A stretch of DNA of 64,000 nt, from the IMG/VR virus record IMGVR_UViG_3300036760_001538, positions 2,556-66,555 of that record, one strand, 5' to 3'. Shown one piece after another: positions 61,042 to 64,000 of this stretch; positions within the stretch are counted from its first letter, which is position 1; every line of letters begins with the position of its first letter. This DNA is from a virus. Both the position numbers and the translations under genes were made by a program. Below the pieces are notes generated by a model that saw only the letters and a list, made by a program, of their open reading frames with translations, was not told the DNA's origin and did no database searches.

Positions 61042-62526
61042 TCATTCCCCTTGTTCAATGTTCAGAATCTCCCGGAGAACATGGCCGAAGTCATAGGACA
61101 TCTGGCTCTGATAGTACTCCAGCGAAATGTCCCCTTGTGCCAATTGCGCCGCTAGCTGCTTGCTGTGAAGCAGAACGTCGACCCACTCGTCTATGGAGTC
61201 CTGCATAATTAGGTTGGTGACATAGCAGGTCTTGCTCTGCGATATCCTGTGTATCCTGTCCTGGGCCTGCAAGTAGTCGTCCAGGCCGAAAGTCCGGTCG
61301 TAAAAGATCACGTGGTTGGCGACGGTAAGCGTGAGCCCCTCTCTTGCGGCGCCAGGCGTGGCAACGAGAACTCGACAGGCGGGTTCGGAGGTAAACCTAT
61401 CGATGGCCCGATTCCTGGTCTGCAGTGCCAGCTTGCCGTGAACCCGACAGGCTCCGTACGAGCGCATGTACCGGGCTAGCCAGTCCGCGTTCTCCGTGAA
61501 TGATGTCCATACGATGCACTTCTCACCGGACCTGACCACTCGCTCGACTTCATCACACAGCGGAGCCAGTTTGCCCGGCTCCGCCGAGTAGCTGTCATCG
61601 ATCAATCGCGGGTTCGAGGCGATCTGGACGAGCCGAAGGATACGCTTCAGCAGATCCTCTGACTTGTCCTCGGCAGGAATGCCGTCTCTGATGACGCTCG
61701 CTCGGAGGGTGTCGCGGACCTGGCGGTAGAGGTCATACTGATATGGTTCCCACGCAGTTGTGGTGGAGCGGAAGACTTTCTCAGGGAGATTCACCAAGCC
61801 GCTGCTCTTGACCTCCCTCACTGAGAACGCCGAGATCATGGCGAACAGCTCACCCAGGCGTTCTTCGAATCGCCGCTGCCCCACCGGATCGTCAGATAGC
61901 TCGTTCGAAAGGTCAAACTCGCGCCTGAACTCGGGGAAGCTGTTCCCCAGACTGCGTCCCTGATCGAGGAACCAGATCAATGCCCAGACGTCGTAGGGTC
62001 TATTCGCCACTGGGGTCCCCGTCATCACAACTCGTCGCTTGAACAGCGGCGCTAGATCGAAGAAGCACCTGGTCAGGGCGCTGTTTGGGTTCTTGATTTT
62101 GGTCGCCTCGTCCAGGATAGCTGCGACGTTGCGCGACCTAAGGAACAGGCGAAAGCGACTCTCCTCGCTCTTCAGCACCTCATAGTGCGTGAGCATGACT
62201 CTGGCGGGGCTGTTAAACGCGTAGAAATTCGACCGTCTGTCTTGGGTTATCTGCTTGGGTTCGAGGAACGTGTGAAGGGCAAACTCTCTCTGCCAGTTGT
62301 TGAGCAGGCTCTTTTTCACGATGAACAACACGGTGTCGACCAGTTTCTTCTCAAGCCAGTAGAGCGCCACATCAATGGCTATCTTGGTCTTGCCGAGGCC
62401 CTGTTCATGGAAGATGGCCGCATATTCAAGGTCTCGTACTGCCTGGACGGCTTCCAGTTGATAGGCAAAGGCCTGCTGCCGCAGGTCTAGCGGTGGCTCC
62501 TTTTTCAGCCTAATTCGCTGCGCCAT
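61042..62526 (-). CDS. SNF2-family helicase
   Basis: EQGLGKT, LDEATKIKN, MTGTPVAN, EGLTL, QAQDRIHRISQ. Confidence 0.9.
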   Translation of the reverse strand: MAQRIRLKKEPPLDLRQQAFAYQLEAVQAVRDLEYAAIFHEQGLGKTKIAIDVALYWLEKKLVDTVLFIVKKSLLNNWQREFALHTFLEPKQITQDRRSNFYAFNSPARVMLTHYEVLKSEESRFRLFLRSRNVAAILDEATKIKNPNSALTRCFFDLAPLFKRRVVMTGTPVANRPYDVWALIWFLDQGRSLGNSFPEFRREFDLSNELSDDPVGQRRFEERLGELFAMISAFSVREVKSSGLVNLPEKVFRSTTTAWEPYQYDLYRQVRDTLRASVIRDGIPAEDKSEDLLKRILRLVQIASNPRLIDDSYSAEPGKLAPLCDEVERVVRSGEKCIVWTSFTENADWLARYMRSYGACRVHGKLALQTRNRAIDRFTSEPACRVLVATPGAAREGLTLTVANHVIFYDRTFGLDDYLQAQDRIHRISQSKTCYVTNLIMQDSIDEWVDVLLHSKQLAAQLAQGDISLEYYQSQMSYDFGHVLREILNIEQGE

Positions 62527-62566
62527 GTCCGCTCTCCGGTATGCCACGGCCCGTGACCAACATCTC

Positions 62567-62974
62567 TCACCCAGCAATCCGGTCCAGAACGGCAACGTTG
62601 ACGCCGTCGGTATGGGTTCTCCGCTGCAAATGCGCGATCAGATTGCGTGCAGCCCTTGTCATATACCATGGGACCGCGACCACTAGAAGTGATCCGTCGT
62701 GGCAGGCACACCAGGTCAAGAACGCCATGAACTGTGCCTGCGAGTGTGGCCTCTCTAGGTCACGCGCAGTCTTCGCCTCCCCAACCAGAAAGCCTGTATC
62801 ACTGGGTTTGCTCACGTAGACGTCCGGGATGTAACCGCCAAGTGCTGGTGGCCGCGAGCCGCCCTCAATGCTGCCCGAATCAACGAGGACAATCCCGGGA
62901 GCAGGCCGACACGTCTCCTGTATCCAGGAGACGATGGCAGCAACAAGGTGCCCGTGAATGCGCGATTCGCCCAT
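62567..62974 (-). CDS. Small PD-(D/E)XK-like nuclease-fold protein
   Basis: ESRIH...IPDVYV...VGEAKT...HSQAQF. Confidence 0.7.
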   Translation of the reverse strand: MGESRIHGHLVAAIVSWIQETCRPAPGIVLVDSGSIEGGSRPPALGGYIPDVYVSKPSDTGFLVGEAKTARDLERPHSQAQFMAFLTWCACHDGSLLVVAVPWYMTRAARNLIAHLQRRTHTDGVNVAVLDRIAG

Positions 62975-62980
62975 AGCAGG

Positions 62981-64000
62981 TCAGACATCTGACTCAATAT
63001 CTGCGCAAAGCTGACTCAGGCTGTCTCTGGCTTCGCGGAGCATGTCCTTCTCCTCGCCGACCGCATCTTGTCGCAGTCTCTGCACCTCAGAGTAGGGCAG
63101 ATGAGCAACTCGCTTCGCTATCTCGCGGGCGAGCTGAGCCAAGGACGCTTCGGCAAGGGCGGCGTCAGCCGTGGGTGCGTCCAGGACAGTGATGGCTTCC
63201 TGAGCGCCATCCGAGAGGAAGACAGCCCGGCTCCTCTCGTTGGCAAGGATACGAGGCATCTGGCGCACTGTGTTGAGAGGGAAAATCAGCTGATCCTTCA
63301 CCCAGCGTGCGAAGTCAGTGTAGCTGAAGCCCGCATCCAAGACCGCCTTCTTCACCCTAGGATTCTGCAGTTCAACGAACGCGCTGAACCGGCTGGGGTC
63401 GAACTCCGCGTCGTGAGCCAGCATCGGCCTGTAGTACCTCTCCATGTCGTGAAAGGCATCGATGAAGTCACTCACCTCTTTCTTACGTCCGCCGCAGTAG
63501 TCGACGATCTGCGCAAGGGTCAGGTGCGCCGAGTTCCGTAGGTGATCCAAGTACTTTGCCTTCGAATAGGGGTCCCACTGCCGAGGGCCGACTAGGTGCG
63601 CCTGGAGCCGTATCGCATCAATGTCGGCCGGACTCAGGCTCATGTAGACGATGGCTGGGATTTCCGCCCAAGCGCCGTCTATTCCTTGAGCGAGGAACTC
63701 GCGGTAGATGAGGACTCGCGTGTTACCCTCGATTACCGTATACTTGCCGTCCGGGTCCTGGTTGACAATGATAGGGTGAATGATTCGGCCGCATGTCTTG
63801 ATAGACTCGCGGAGGCTGTGGAAAGTGGTACCGCCGTCGCCTGCAAGACTATCGCCGGCGCCGAGCGCCAGGCTCATCTGTTCCGCGGTGATATTGTCGC
63901 CGTACATCTCGATGTACTGCGCTATTCGTGGATTGGAAAGATCCAGTTCAAGCGCCGTCACGTCGAGAAGCTCATATGTGCAGACGATGTCGCTGGGCAT
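62981..64000 (-). CDS. ParB/Srx-like protein (paralogue of the 60043 gene; start at the window edge)
   Basis: NPRI...SIKTCGRIIHPIIV...VIEGNTRV...WDPYSKAKYL. Confidence 0.8.
   Translation of the reverse strand: MPSDIVCTYELLDVTALELDLSNPRIAQYIEMYGDNITAEQMSLALGAGDSLAGDGGTTFHSLRESIKTCGRIIHPIIVNQDPDGKYTVIEGNTRVLIYREFLAQGIDGAWAEIPAIVYMSLSPADIDAIRLQAHLVGPRQWDPYSKAKYLDHLRNSAHLTLAQIVDYCGGRKKEVSDFIDAFHDMERYYRPMLAHDAEFDPSRFSAFVELQNPRVKKAVLDAGFSYTDFARWVKDQLIFPLNTVRQMPRILANERSRAVFLSDGAQEAITVLDAPTADAALAEASLAQLAREIAKRVAHLPYSEVQRLRQDAVGEEKDMLREARDSLSQLCADIESDV

Noticed and set aside
1-64000. tRNA/rRNA genes, IS elements and att sites
   Set aside because: None recognised by eye; att sites cannot be defined without the upstream sequence

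Overview
A GC-rich temperate phage/prophage with siphovirus-like morphogenesis genes fills about 1-56.4 kb, followed by a lower-GC accessory island (about 56.45-64 kb). Gene order is: (1) probable tail of a serine-recombinase module; (2) XRE repressor plus ImmA/IrrE peptidase; (3) small YezD-like protein and a phage sigma factor; (4) replication/recombination genes and an iteron-like origin; (5) a second XRE repressor and an SbcCD module; (6) three DNA methyltransferases with ParB genes; (7) terminase; (8) an inserted AbiE-like/HEPN defence cassette; (9) portal, MuF-like minor head protein, capsid and tail genes, including a -1 frameshift chaperone; (10) lysis genes; (11) an amidoligase-GATase-ART operon. 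The island encodes a Xis-like HTH, a radical SAM enzyme and a GHKL ATPase, convergent with two ParB-like paralogues, a small nuclease-fold protein and an SNF2 helicase. The strongest new signal is three copies of a covarying leader RNA element (AAYYGAAUA box plus a P1-GR-P2-loop-A hairpin overlapping a terminator) together with two YezD/DUF2292-like proteins, a candidate protein-RNA antitermination system. Also notable are a three-copy bipartite motif that is the likely promoter of the phage sigma factor, a MuF-DUF2924-zincin fusion, REP-like palindromes inserted in frame in phage genes, and the radical SAM/GHKL/ParB/SNF2 candidate defence island. All family assignments come from motif recognition by eye; no database searches were run.
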